Sequence record: OK283619.1
Strand: one strand, 5' to 3'
Origin: Escherichia phage LPEK22
Length of the DNA stretch: 64,000 bases
Positions 1-9,203 of the stretch are shown here, in pieces. Position 1 is the first letter of the stretch. Each line of letters starts with the position of its first letter. Under the pieces are notes generated by a model that made no database searches, was not told the DNA's origin, and saw only the letters and a list, made by a program, of their open reading frames with translations. A program made the translations under genes and the position numbers.

Positions 1-10
1 AAATTTAAAA

Positions 11-60
11 TTTATTCAATAAACGGGGTTTACTTCTTCAATAAACCCCGTATACTTCAT
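11..60 (+). promoter_or_regulatory. hairpin plus early-promoter cassette: -35 GTTTAC (28-33), 17-bp spacer, -10 TATACT (51-56)
   Basis: Inverted repeat CGGGGTTTA/TAAACCCCG overlaps the -35; TTCAATAA motif; 49 nt upstream of ATG at 106. Confidence 0.6.
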
Positions 61-105
61 TCCATAAGCAGCACAACACTGACTCTGAAATGAAGGAACT
101 ACATC

Positions 106-570
106 ATGACAACCGTAAAAATCTCCGTCTGGGCATTCAACAATTTCACCAAATTTGACGCGTTTGTTAAAAACGCTCTGGGCATCACCAACATAGAATC
201 TTTCACTTCTTATGACCGCGAAGATCAGGTCAAAATGCTTCGTCCTGAAATCGACCTTGACGCAATGCTGAACGCCATCAAGAATCACGATGACAACCTG
301 GCTGAATTCGAAAACCTCCGCACCTCTATCTTCAAAAAGAACGGTGGCATTCGTAAGCTGAGCAACAAAACCATCAAATATGTCACCGAAGGGTTCTTTG
401 TGGTGTTCGACTTCATAGAAACCAAGCCGAACGAACTTCGTAAAGATTTAGACGGCAACGTTATCACCCTGAAAATATTTGGCGAAGCCAAAGCCGATAT
501 GATGCGTGACGGCCTATGTGATGAGACATTCACATACGACGAATATTGCGATCAGTGCCAAGATCTGTAA
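106..570 (+). CDS. hypothetical early protein (154 aa)
   Basis: ORF downstream of early promoter at 28-56 and the conserved AAGGAACTACATCATG initiation motif; no recognisable domain. Confidence 0.55.
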   Translation: MTTVKISVWAFNNFTKFDAFVKNALGITNIESFTSYDREDQVKMLRPEIDLDAMLNAIKNHDDNLAEFENLRTSIFKKNGGIRKLSNKTIKYVTEGFFVVFDFIETKPNELRKDLDGNVITLKIFGEAKADMMRDGLCDETFTYDEYCDQCQDL

Positions 571-638
571 TTTGTTCTAAACCATTTGAACGGGTATGTT
601 AAAATCATACCCAACCCCTACAAATAGAGGACTATAAC

Positions 639-956
639 ATGGCTTGTAAAACACCAGAAATGAAATTAGTTGTTTCGTCAAAGGGACGTCGCAGCCGCAG
701 TCGAAATCTCATCACCCGTTTAGATATTCTACGTCAAAAATATCAAGGTCACAGCGTGTTCACGCGCATCCGTAACGCATTAAAGGAAGGGCGAACCGAG
801 TTGGAGCTATATCGTCCAAACGGTTCGACTCGTGCGTATCAGACCACCGACGGTTTGCTGGAACTGATCCGCCTCTCGGGAATGAGCATAGAACCTCGTT
901 CATCAGGGACTCCCTTGTGCAGCCTGTATGTAATCGGCAATCTTGGGGCGCTGTGA
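639..956 (+). CDS. hypothetical protein (105 aa, basic N-terminus)
   Basis: ORF with GAGGA RBS upstream of ATG. Confidence 0.45.
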   Translation: MACKTPEMKLVVSSKGRRSRSRNLITRLDILRQKYQGHSVFTRIRNALKEGRTELELYRPNGSTRAYQTTDGLLELIRLSGMSIEPRSSGTPLCSLYVIGNLGAL

Positions 957-961
957 GTTCT

Positions 962-1384
962 ATGAAGAAGTATATCGTTCTTATAACGGGTTCCCGTTCT
1001 ATAACTGAGCGGGATAAAATCTTCGCCAAACTGGATGAACTGTTAGATCCCCACGAGATCGAAACTTTTATAGAAGGTGAAGCGGTTGGTGTGGACTTGA
1101 TATCTCGTGATTGGTGTGAAATCAATTATGTCCATGTTACACCAATGGAGATCCCTAAGAATTATCACACGATATATGGGAAAGGCGCAGGAAACCAACG
1201 TAACAAAGATATGTTAGACAAAGCTATGACCCTGGCCAAACAAAAAGGTCTTGAGGTCTTTGGAATTGCATTATGGGATGGTTCGTCTACTGGGACGCAA
1301 GACATGATTACCCGCATGAAAAAAGCAGGTGTCAATGTCAATATCACTCTCATGGGCAAACCCAAAACCAAACGATTGTTATAA
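962..1384 (+). CDS. hypothetical protein, possible SLOG/LOG-like Rossmann-fold protein
   Basis: Start moved to internal ATG (MKKYIVLITGSRS); ITGSR...ALWDGSS pattern recalls SLOG/DprA-like folds (weak). Confidence 0.4.
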   Translation: MKKYIVLITGSRSITERDKIFAKLDELLDPHEIETFIEGEAVGVDLISRDWCEINYVHVTPMEIPKNYHTIYGKGAGNQRNKDMLDKAMTLAKQKGLEVFGIALWDGSSTGTQDMITRMKKAGVNVNITLMGKPKTKRLL

Positions 1385-1387
1385 ATA
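1380..1387 (+). promoter_or_regulatory. T4-type late promoter TATAAATA
   Basis: Exact TATAAATA overlapping the stop codon of gene 962-1384, 20 nt upstream of ATG 1407. Confidence 0.5.
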
Positions 1388-1406
1388 TGTTTGCCTTCAC
1401 ACCCAT

Positions 1407-1589
1407 ATGGAGTTAGCTATGCTGCAATTAATTTTGATTCTTTGCGTCGCTTTTACCATGTACTTTCTGGCGCGAATCAGTTATATCACACTAAATGATC
1501 TGAAAAATACACCACGCGAACCTAAATTTATATTTCTAAAGAAATACACCAAAAAGTTCTGCGAGAATTTTATCTATCATCTTCCGTGA
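1407..1589 (+). CDS. small membrane protein (60 aa), late
   Basis: ATG 20 nt downstream of TATAAATA at 1380-1387; one hydrophobic helix then basic tail. Confidence 0.35.
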   Translation: MELAMLQLILILCVAFTMYFLARISYITLNDLKNTPREPKFIFLKKYTKKFCENFIYHLP

Positions 1590-1590
1590 T

Positions 1591-1598
1591 TATAAATA
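1591..1598 (+). promoter_or_regulatory. T4-type late promoter TATAAATA
   Basis: Exact TATAAATA 22 nt upstream of ATG 1621; overlaps hairpin 1596-1617. Confidence 0.6.
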
Positions 1599-1620
1599 CC
1601 CCCAAAATTGGGGGTATTTT

Positions 1621-2349
1621 ATGAACGCACAAATCTACGATGTCCTTTCCTCTGGTAATGCATTTAGCAACCCGCTTCCGTCCCTCTCCGGTCCCTCACA
1701 GGATTTAATCACCAGTGGTAGTACCAATATACCATTGATAACTGCCAACGCGACTCCGGAGATGCAGGCGGCTATGGTTGCTGGTGGACTAACACCAGAA
1801 AAACTCACAGCAGCCACCACCATGTATAGCGCCGCCAACACGGGGATAACGACACTGAACACATATGGCGACCAAAGTATCAATGACGCGTATTCTCGCA
1901 TCGGTACTTCCGTGTCATACAAATCAGGTCTGAAGGGTATATCACGAGAGCCAAACAATTGTGATTTGATCAACAAGGCTTTTGGTGTTGTTCAGGATTT
2001 AGGACGCCAATGGCTGAATGCTATGGAAGGTGCTCTACAGACCGTAACAAACAAGATATCGGAATTGTATGACATGATTATGGAAGGTGCCTCAGAAGGG
2101 ATGGCAAAACTACAGCAATTGGCTGCTGAAGTAACAGGACATATCAATGAGGCAATAACCGCAGTCAACGGGGTTATAAGTGATATTACAGATGGTATAG
2201 CCGCAGAACTTGCTCACATTGAAAGCATGATCAAAGAATGTCTAAACTTCTCTTTTGCGAATGTTCTTGGAGAATGGGCTAAAGATCTCTGTGCTGGAGG
2301 CGTTATTGATAAAATAGGGACTCCAGAATTAAAAGAGTCCCTGAAATAA
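1621..2349 (+). CDS. late-expressed hypothetical protein (242 aa), likely virion-associated
   Basis: Perfect TATAAATA late promoter at 1591-1598, 22 nt upstream of ATG; Ala/Gly/Thr-rich. Confidence 0.6.
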   Translation: MNAQIYDVLSSGNAFSNPLPSLSGPSQDLITSGSTNIPLITANATPEMQAAMVAGGLTPEKLTAATTMYSAANTGITTLNTYGDQSINDAYSRIGTSVSYKSGLKGISREPNNCDLINKAFGVVQDLGRQWLNAMEGALQTVTNKISELYDMIMEGASEGMAKLQQLAAEVTGHINEAITAVNGVISDITDGIAAELAHIESMIKECLNFSFANVLGEWAKDLCAGGVIDKIGTPELKESLK

Positions 2350-2970
2350 TTAATGTCTAGCGGGGAGAACTCCCACTGGTTCGATACCTTCCATCACCAG
2401 GGAGTTCACCCCAACATCACTCATTCGAATCCATACTTTACCGCCTGGTCTTATTTCATAGATGTTCATTTCATTACCCACAGCAGATCCATTAACGAAA
2501 ACACCCTGAGTGGCAATTCGGATCGGAGATTTGGTGTTATTAACTATCTGAAATGATATTGCAACGTCTCTGGTGATTTCTACGTCCCTTGCTTGAGTAT
2601 TCCTTCTGAGTTTGTCAAAGAAAGAAGGGTTGAAAGTCGCTATGATGCTATTATTCTGAGAGTAATAAATACTTGCGGATAGATATGGGATCTTTCCTTC
2701 GTCACCTTTCCTCAATAGGGGAATCGTGGTTTTCCAGTATGGTCTCAGTGACTGGTTGTTATCATCAAAACAACCAACAGCTTGAAGAGTCTGGAAGTTC
2801 TGAAAATCAGATACTACTTGATTCAGAATATTTTTATTGCATTTATCAATGTCGGCTGAGATGTTAACAGGTATGGTTCTGATTTCAGGATCCCAGAGGT
2901 CGGTTACAGAAATGACGGACGTGACAAAGATACGGCAACTTGTGAGTGCAAGCACCATTATCATCGTCAT
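2350..2970 (-). CDS. putative lipoprotein (about 206 aa)
   Basis: Minus-strand ORF convergent with 1621-2349; internal start MTMIMVLALTSC resembles a lipoprotein signal (lipobox LTSC); start uncertain. Confidence 0.4.
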   Translation of the reverse strand: MTMIMVLALTSCRIFVTSVISVTDLWDPEIRTIPVNISADIDKCNKNILNQVVSDFQNFQTLQAVGCFDDNNQSLRPYWKTTIPLLRKGDEGKIPYLSASIYYSQNNSIIATFNPSFFDKLRRNTQARDVEITRDVAISFQIVNNTKSPIRIATQGVFVNGSAVGNEMNIYEIRPGGKVWIRMSDVGVNSLVMEGIEPVGVLPARH

Positions 2971-3033
2971 GATCCATTTTCTGAATCCGCGTATCAGGAA
3001 CACTAAAACGTTCTCCACAGCAAAGGTGCTAAC

Positions 3034-3531
3034 ATGACAGGTGTACAATTCAAAAACGAAAATCCTAATTTCGCGGCTTCCGATAAATGGCGCTTAACTA
3101 TCGGAGACCTGATATTGCTTACTCGTTCAATACATGACTTCAGTATTCCTGGAGTGTATTCTGAAGGTATCGAGGGACCATCCCCTGGCGATGTGCTCAA
3201 CTCCATACCTTCAGAACGTCTCACGTATGACCCCATCGTATTTACGTTCGTTATCGATGAGAGTTGGTACAACTGGGAACAGATTTACAATTGGATTGCG
3301 TCCAATGCTGGATCTGATTTAGCTGTTAGCCGTGACATCACCATCGACCTTCTTGATAACATGAATCGCCCTGTTGGTCTACAATTGTTGTTGGAAGAAG
3401 CCCGTCCCACAGCTTTGGACAACGTATTGGTGGATGTGGATGCTGCGGTTCCCCAACTGGTCACGACTGTCACGTTCAAATATTTGAAACTGACTCCGAC
3501 TCGCGTCACCCGCGAAATTGATAAACAATAA
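3034..3531 (+). CDS. hypothetical protein (165 aa)
   Basis: ORF only; no motif recognised. Confidence 0.45.
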   Translation: MTGVQFKNENPNFAASDKWRLTIGDLILLTRSIHDFSIPGVYSEGIEGPSPGDVLNSIPSERLTYDPIVFTFVIDESWYNWEQIYNWIASNAGSDLAVSRDITIDLLDNMNRPVGLQLLLEEARPTALDNVLVDVDAAVPQLVTTVTFKYLKLTPTRVTREIDKQ

Positions 3532-3569
3532 GTTATAATACAGAGAGTTGAAACAGCAGGGAATAAATC

Positions 3570-4025
3570 ATGAGCGAAACAAAACTTGAAACGATGAAAA
3601 CCGAAGATATAATGGCAGAATTGGAGCCTCTTATTTCGGTAAATCCTGAAGACATGAACTTAGACCAAATGTCATTGAAAATTGGTCGTTCGTGGATGAC
3701 TGTGCAACGCCATTATATTCGTGAAGGAAGATATCTGGAGTATCTAACTGGCAAATTCCGCCAAATAGATCTCTATTTACGCCGATTTTATGCAGGGGAA
3801 TTGCCGCCCAACGTTTATGTTGAACGCCCATTAAAAGTTCGACCCCTGAAATCTGATATAGATGTATGGGTAAAAGCAGATGATGATTATATCGAATTGT
3901 CTAGCATGCTTCAAGAGCAGAAAGCCAAAGTCAAGTTCATCGAAAGTTGCTTAGATCGTTTGAACAAACTCGGATATGAAGTGAAGAATGCTATTGATTG
4001 GCGAAAATATTTGGATGGGATGTAA
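3570..4025 (+). CDS. possible UvsY-like recombination mediator
   Basis: 151 aa, RBS AGGGAA; C-terminal region loosely resembles T4 UvsY; adjacent to uvsW as in T4. Confidence 0.4.
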   Translation: MSETKLETMKTEDIMAELEPLISVNPEDMNLDQMSLKIGRSWMTVQRHYIREGRYLEYLTGKFRQIDLYLRRFYAGELPPNVYVERPLKVRPLKSDIDVWVKADDDYIELSSMLQEQKAKVKFIESCLDRLNKLGYEVKNAIDWRKYLDGM

Positions 4026-4771
4026 TGGTTTCTCTACAGGCTTTGCGCAAACTTAATGACTTTGAAAATCGTCATCATACATTTCAGCAATATTCCTTGC
4101 CGTTTAAGGAACTGACTTGCGTAACTACCGAAAATGGTCGTCACTATGTTTCCCCCACTGGAGTCAAACTAACTTCAGTGACGACCATGTTAGGGCGTAC
4201 TGGTGACCACACATGGTTAGAAGCCTGGCGGGACAAGTTGGGGCATGAAGCTGCTGATATAGAAACACATCGTTGCGCAGACCGTGGGGAAAAACTTCAT
4301 TTGGCTTGTGAGTTGTATCTCAAAAACAGACCAATGAAGGAAGTTCTGGAAGCTGCAGGGGAATACGTGTTTATGTTCAAACAGGTTTTCCCCTACCTTA
4401 ACAAAATGAGCAAGATATATGCACAAGAGATTCCATTATATAGCGAAGTCCTGGGTCTTGCTGGTCGTGTTGACCTCATCGGGGTTTACGAAGGAATTCC
4501 AAGCATAATCGATTTCAAAACATCTAACACCCTAAAAACTCGAAGCATGATAGAAGATTATAGTATTCAATTGTGTCTATACTCAGTCATGTTTCAACAA
4601 ATGTTTAATGTCAAGATAGAGCGTTTAATCAATATTATATCCAACGAAAATGCCCTTGTTCCCACCATAATCGAATTCGATCGCAAAGACGTTATTTCTA
4701 AAATGTTTGACCGTGTCCGTCTGTATCACAAAATGAACAAAGAACAGAACGGAATCTGGGCGGATCGCTAA
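4025..4771 (+). CDS. PD-(D/E)xK nuclease, RecB/Cas4-like exonuclease family
   Basis: Motifs GRVDLIGV...IIDFKTS...QLCLY (D...D/E-x-K and QxxxY); start moved to ATG overlapping upstream stop. Confidence 0.5.
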   Translation: MVSLQALRKLNDFENRHHTFQQYSLPFKELTCVTTENGRHYVSPTGVKLTSVTTMLGRTGDHTWLEAWRDKLGHEAADIETHRCADRGEKLHLACELYLKNRPMKEVLEAAGEYVFMFKQVFPYLNKMSKIYAQEIPLYSEVLGLAGRVDLIGVYEGIPSIIDFKTSNTLKTRSMIEDYSIQLCLYSVMFQQMFNVKIERLINIISNENALVPTIIEFDRKDVISKMFDRVRLYHKMNKEQNGIWADR

Positions 4772-4800
4772 ATACTCCATAATATTGGGGGAAATTAGTG

Positions 4801-6300
4801 ATGTCTGAGATCCAAATAGTCAAAGTGAACGAAGTTAGAATGCGGATCCTTACCGAGGATTATATCCGTGAAGAACTCAACGATTACTTCAAATTTGAAG
4901 ATCCTAATTTCCAACCGAATCCGTTCAGTAAATGGGACGGCGTAGTGCGGCTGTTCACAAAGAGTTCTGGGCTTATCGACATCGGCCTGTTATTTGAGGT
5001 GTTCAAATTCTGTAAGATGAACGGTTACACCATCAAATTAGATCCGACCTTAAAATATATTCAAGATATTCCGGATGAAGAAATTCATGCGTTCATCGAT
5101 ACATTGAATGCGGTGTACCGAGACGAAAACAAACAATATCAAAAAGCGATTGTCCGCGATTATCAATTTGATTCTGTTGCCACAGCAATACGCCAAAGCA
5201 GATGTGTCCTCGAAGCTGCCACGAGTGCTGGCAAATCCTTTATTTTGTACATCATGGCGCGTTACTACAGGCAACGCAGAGATGCCCTCGAAAGTAATCT
5301 GAGGACGTTAATTGTTGTACCATCCATTCATTTGGTGACTCAGTTGTATGACAACTTCGAAGAATATAGCCACGGGACAGAATGGAAGCCATTGATGAAC
5401 GTCCAGACAATATACGAAGGGGCAACGAAAGAGATTTTCAAACCCATAGTTATTTCAACTTGGCAAGGTATCCAGAACCAACCCAAAGAGTGGTTCCATC
5501 AATTTGGAGATATCGTCGTCGACGAAGTACATACATCAAAATCAGATAAATTGTCTTACATCTTGAACAACTGTATTAACGCTGATCAACGTTTGGGAGT
5601 AACCGGAACCCTGGCGAATACAAAGGTCGCAGGGTTACAAGTCGTTGCTCACTTTGGCGCATATCATAAAATTATTACAGCGCGCGATTTAATCGATCTA
5701 GGATATGCGGTAGACATCAATGTTAATATGATTGAAGTCATACATCCTATGGCAGACTGTATTGAAATGCACGGTGCTGAGTATCAAAAGGAAATAGAAT
5801 TCCTCATTGCTAACGAACGCCGCAATGAATTGATAGCCCGAATGGCTCTATCTTTGAAAGGGAACGTCGCAGTCATGTTCGAACGTATCGATGCACACAT
5901 GATGTTGGTTTATGAAATGCTATCGGCAGTCAAGAAAAACGTATTCGTCATCAACGGGGAAGTCAAGACAGAAGTTCGTAAACAGATTCAGGCTGCTATG
6001 GAAGAAGGGGAAGATATAACACTGTTGGCATCATATGGTACTATGCAACAGGGCGTATCTATCAAAAAACTCCATCATCTGATATTGGCCCATCCCAGCA
6101 AATCTTATATCCGTGTTATACAGACATTGGGGCGTTTGATGCGCCAGCATTCCTCTAAGGATGTTGCGCGAATCTGGGACCTGGTAGACAACCTGCGTTA
6201 CAACGGTTCCTACAACCATGCTCTCAGGCATTCTCATGAGAGATATAAATTTTATCTTATGGAGCGCCACCCTGTTAAAATGAAAAAAGTGGCGCTCTAA
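4801..6300 (+). CDS. uvsW: UvsW-like SF2 DNA/RNA helicase
   Basis: Walker A TSAGKS, DEVH box, VASYGTMQQGVS..LHHLILAH; collinear recalled similarity to T4 UvsW. Confidence 0.9.
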   Translation: MSEIQIVKVNEVRMRILTEDYIREELNDYFKFEDPNFQPNPFSKWDGVVRLFTKSSGLIDIGLLFEVFKFCKMNGYTIKLDPTLKYIQDIPDEEIHAFIDTLNAVYRDENKQYQKAIVRDYQFDSVATAIRQSRCVLEAATSAGKSFILYIMARYYRQRRDALESNLRTLIVVPSIHLVTQLYDNFEEYSHGTEWKPLMNVQTIYEGATKEIFKPIVISTWQGIQNQPKEWFHQFGDIVVDEVHTSKSDKLSYILNNCINADQRLGVTGTLANTKVAGLQVVAHFGAYHKIITARDLIDLGYAVDINVNMIEVIHPMADCIEMHGAEYQKEIEFLIANERRNELIARMALSLKGNVAVMFERIDAHMMLVYEMLSAVKKNVFVINGEVKTEVRKQIQAAMEEGEDITLLASYGTMQQGVSIKKLHHLILAHPSKSYIRVIQTLGRLMRQHSSKDVARIWDLVDNLRYNGSYNHALRHSHERYKFYLMERHPVKMKKVAL

Positions 6301-6305
6301 CCATT

Positions 6306-6671
6306 TCAAAGATCTTGGTTCACATAGGCGGGGGTTGCCTCGCCTTCTTTGTTGGAACCAAATAAACAGTCGATCGTGCCAATACATTGTTGTAGCACTT
6401 TCGGCTCAAGAATCTGAGAAAACAATTCTTCATTAGATGCCAGCAGTGGAACAACTTTCACTTCCCGCGCCTGGCCTTGTTGAATAATGCCAACATACAG
6501 ACCTTTGTTATTTGGGAGTAATGGTATCACCAACATCGGTGACACAATAAACCCCGATGTACAGAAAAGACTTTGTAAATAAACGCCTTTTAATGACGGA
6601 CGTTGTTCTGCTATGGAAAGAATTACTTCTTGGTCTTCCCCTACTGCGTATAAACCAACAAATTGCTTCAT
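6306..6671 (-). CDS. hypothetical protein (121 aa)
   Basis: Minus-strand ORF between uvsW and the gene 45 upstream region; no motif. Confidence 0.4.
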   Translation of the reverse strand: MKQFVGLYAVGEDQEVILSIAEQRPSLKGVYLQSLFCTSGFIVSPMLVIPLLPNNKGLYVGIIQQGQAREVKVVPLLASNEELFSQILEPKVLQQCIGTIDCLFGSNKEGEATPAYVNQDL

Positions 6672-7010
6672 ATATTATTTCTCACGTGTTAGCAAACTTG
6701 ACTACATAATAATGTCATGTTCTGTTTAGACCAAATAAAATATTTTAATTGTTGAATAAAAATCGCTTTCTTGTTGAACAATCCGTGCGTAATATACGAG
6801 TTGTGAGCTTTGCGAGCAACGAGTATTATCACGAGCGAAGCGAGTAGACTGATAAAGAAAGGTTTTATTAAAACAGAATATTATAAATGCCGTCAGGCAT
6901 TTATTTATCGCGCGTAGGGCAATTTATCACTTGTTCTATAACTACAAACACGCGATACTAATTTGCGTCAAATATGACTTGAACCCCACTATATTTTGAG
7001 GATACAACTA

Positions 7011-7679
7011 ATGCAAGAGATCACTCTCTCCGAACGCACTTTACAACTGCTGGCTAACTTTGAAACCATCTGCCCCTCTATCGTTCTGGCACCTGGTAAA
7101 AAGTTGCGCACTGTTAACGATTCCAGTACAGTTATCGCTATTGCCGACATTGACGAAGACTTCCCGTTCGAATTCCCGATTCTGGATCTGACCAAATTGC
7201 TGGCAATCCAGCGTCTGCCGAGTTTTAAAGGCGGTAAAATTGAAATGTCGGAAGACCACATTTTGCTGAAAGGTGAAAACTCCCAACTGCAATTCTGGCG
7301 TTCCGCTAAAGAACTGACTGTCGTTCCGGCAGACAGCATCGATCTCCCGTCTGTAGAATTTGAAGCAACAGTCACTCCTGAAAAAATGAAAGAGCTGACC
7401 CGCGCATGTTCTACTCTGGGCCACAAAACTGTACGCCTGGTTGCCAGCGGCGGTAAAACTCGTCTGGTGGGCACGACCACTACTATCGACAATTCCAACG
7501 ATTACACTGTTGAGTTGGGTGAAACAACTCTGGGTGATTTTGCTATGCCTGTTGATGTGGTCAACCTGAAAATGATCGAAGGCAACTACGTGATCCGCGC
7601 CTGTGCCGAAATGCAACTGGTTAACTTCCAATCCGCAGACGGCACCATCAACTATTACGTCGGCATGCAGCTGGATTAA
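7011..7679 (+). CDS. 45: sliding clamp (gp45-like)
   Basis: About 222 aa immediately upstream of gp44/gp62/regA as in T4; RBS GAGGA; track start is TTG, ATG chosen. Confidence 0.8.
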   Translation: MQEITLSERTLQLLANFETICPSIVLAPGKKLRTVNDSSTVIAIADIDEDFPFEFPILDLTKLLAIQRLPSFKGGKIEMSEDHILLKGENSQLQFWRSAKELTVVPADSIDLPSVEFEATVTPEKMKELTRACSTLGHKTVRLVASGGKTRLVGTTTTIDNSNDYTVELGETTLGDFAMPVDVVNLKMIEGNYVIRACAEMQLVNFQSADGTINYYVGMQLD

Positions 7680-7709
7680 TCAATAACGATTCGGCGCTTT
7701 ATTATCGGT

Positions 7710-7731
7710 GGCGGGGGTTTCCCCGCCCTTT
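7710..7731 (+). terminator. rho-independent terminator after gene 45
   Basis: GGCGGGGG-TTT-CCCCGCC hairpin followed by CTTT. Confidence 0.6.
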
Positions 7732-7757
7732 GAAACGTTTTATCTAAAGAGGCTGCA

Positions 7758-8747
7758 ATGTCTAACATCACTATCGTCACAGATCAATACGCGTGGGAAA
7801 ACAAATATCGTCCTGACAATCTGGATGAGATCGTCCTCCCTTCAGACGTCCGTGCAAAAATCCATGGCTATGTTACATCAGGCAATGGAAACATCCCCTC
7901 AATGCTGTTCTATTCCCCTCAGCCTGGTACGGGCAAGACTACTTCTGCTCTGGCTGTGTGTAACGAAATCGGTTGTATCAAACCGTTGATGATCAATGCG
8001 TCACTGGATAACAGCATTGATGTCATCCGTGACCGTGTTATTCAATACGCAACTGGCGTCAGTGTTTTCGGTGGCCGCAAAGTCGTTATCCTCGATGAAG
8101 TTGAGCGACTTTCCATGGCGGCGCAGGAATCCCTGAAAGGCATCGTAGAGAAAGTCTCAAAAAACTGCTCCTTCATCCTGACGACTAATGCGAAACAGCG
8201 CGTTAACGAACCTCTGCGTTCCCGCTGTCGTGAAATTGATTTTATCTGGTCTGAAAAGGAAGCAGATGAAGTTAAACTTCAATTCATGCGTCGTTGCGCA
8301 ACTATCCTGACAGAGGAAGGCATTCCGTATGAAGCTGGTGTAATTGCTTCCATTGTGAAATCATATTTCCCAGATAATCGCAAAATTATGGGAACTCTTC
8401 AGGATAATGCCACCACGTTTGGTAAAATCGATGAACGCGCTCTGGCACAGGTTAAAGCAGGGGAATTCCAAGCGTTGGTGGATTTCCTAAAAACCAATGA
8501 TTGGGCTGGGATGAAGCAGTGGGTGACCGACAACCAAAACTACATCACTGAAGATTTTTATTCCCGTTTCTTCCATTTCTGCGTTCCCCAGAACAAGGAA
8601 AAGACTCCTTTGATTCAAAACGAGTCAATCCCTGATCTGGTATGCGTATGTGGTCAGTCTCAGATTGAACATCGTTCCGTCGGCGACGTCTGGTTACACG
8701 GCGTTTACTTCTTGACTAACGTCATGCTCAACATCAAATGGAAGTAA
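7758..8747 (+). CDS. 44: clamp loader large subunit (gp44-like AAA+ ATPase)
   Basis: KYRPDNLDEIVLP, SPQPGTGKTT Walker A, ILDEVER, SRCREIDF (SRC motif), FPDNRKIMG; strong recalled match to T4 gp44. Confidence 0.93.
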   Translation: MSNITIVTDQYAWENKYRPDNLDEIVLPSDVRAKIHGYVTSGNGNIPSMLFYSPQPGTGKTTSALAVCNEIGCIKPLMINASLDNSIDVIRDRVIQYATGVSVFGGRKVVILDEVERLSMAAQESLKGIVEKVSKNCSFILTTNAKQRVNEPLRSRCREIDFIWSEKEADEVKLQFMRRCATILTEEGIPYEAGVIASIVKSYFPDNRKIMGTLQDNATTFGKIDERALAQVKAGEFQALVDFLKTNDWAGMKQWVTDNQNYITEDFYSRFFHFCVPQNKEKTPLIQNESIPDLVCVCGQSQIEHRSVGDVWLHGVYFLTNVMLNIKWK

Positions 8748-8751
8748 TATT

Positions 8752-9174
8752 ATGGCCGCTCCGTCACTGTTCGATTACCTCGGTGCGTTGAATAGCACCA
8801 AAGAGAATCTGTTGATGACCGAAGACCCCGAAATCAGAAAGGCTTTTGATCCTTTCATGACTCGGCGCGGCCTTGCTCAGAGTAAAGACACGCTTGTGGT
8901 TGCCGAACAAATGAACCGCTTCCATGCCATTACTCCTTGGATGCAATGGAACCTGGCGTTTCATAGCATTCCGGCAAAACGTCGCTATGACAAGTGGTCT
9001 AAGAAGGGAGCTATGGATCCTGATGTGAAATTGATTTCTGAGTATTATTACATCAGTCCTGAAAAGGCTTCAGAATATGTTCGATTCCTGCCGAAAGAAG
9101 TCCTGGCTGAAATCAAGGCGAAGGTCGAACGTTCCAACAGCAACGAAAAAGCCAAACCGCGCAAGGCTAAGTAA
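8752..9174 (+). CDS. 62: clamp loader small subunit (gp62-like)
   Basis: Position between gp44 and regA as in T4; 140 aa; sequence match only weak. Confidence 0.55.
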   Translation: MAAPSLFDYLGALNSTKENLLMTEDPEIRKAFDPFMTRRGLAQSKDTLVVAEQMNRFHAITPWMQWNLAFHSIPAKRRYDKWSKKGAMDPDVKLISEYYYISPEKASEYVRFLPKEVLAEIKAKVERSNSNEKAKPRKAK

Positions 9175-9203
9175 TTCAAATAATTGTTAAAGGGGTATGA
9201 GTC

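Noticed and set aside
16-288. 90-aa minus-strand ORF at window start
   Set aside because: Overlaps the early promoter and the + strand gene 106-570, which has promoter and RBS support.
837-850. GGTTCGACTCG and, near 2425, TTCGAATCC resembling tRNA T-loops
   Set aside because: No complementary T-stem, acceptor stem or anticodon arm; both lie inside coding ORFs.
3570-4025. Initial idea that this is gp55 because it begins MSETK like T4 gp55
   Set aside because: The rest of the protein does not follow gp55; the protein at 29071-29862 matches the gp55 core far better. Retained only as a tentative UvsY-like call.
7041-7631. 196-aa minus-strand ORF
   Set aside because: Antisense to the gp45 sliding-clamp gene; typical shadow ORF.
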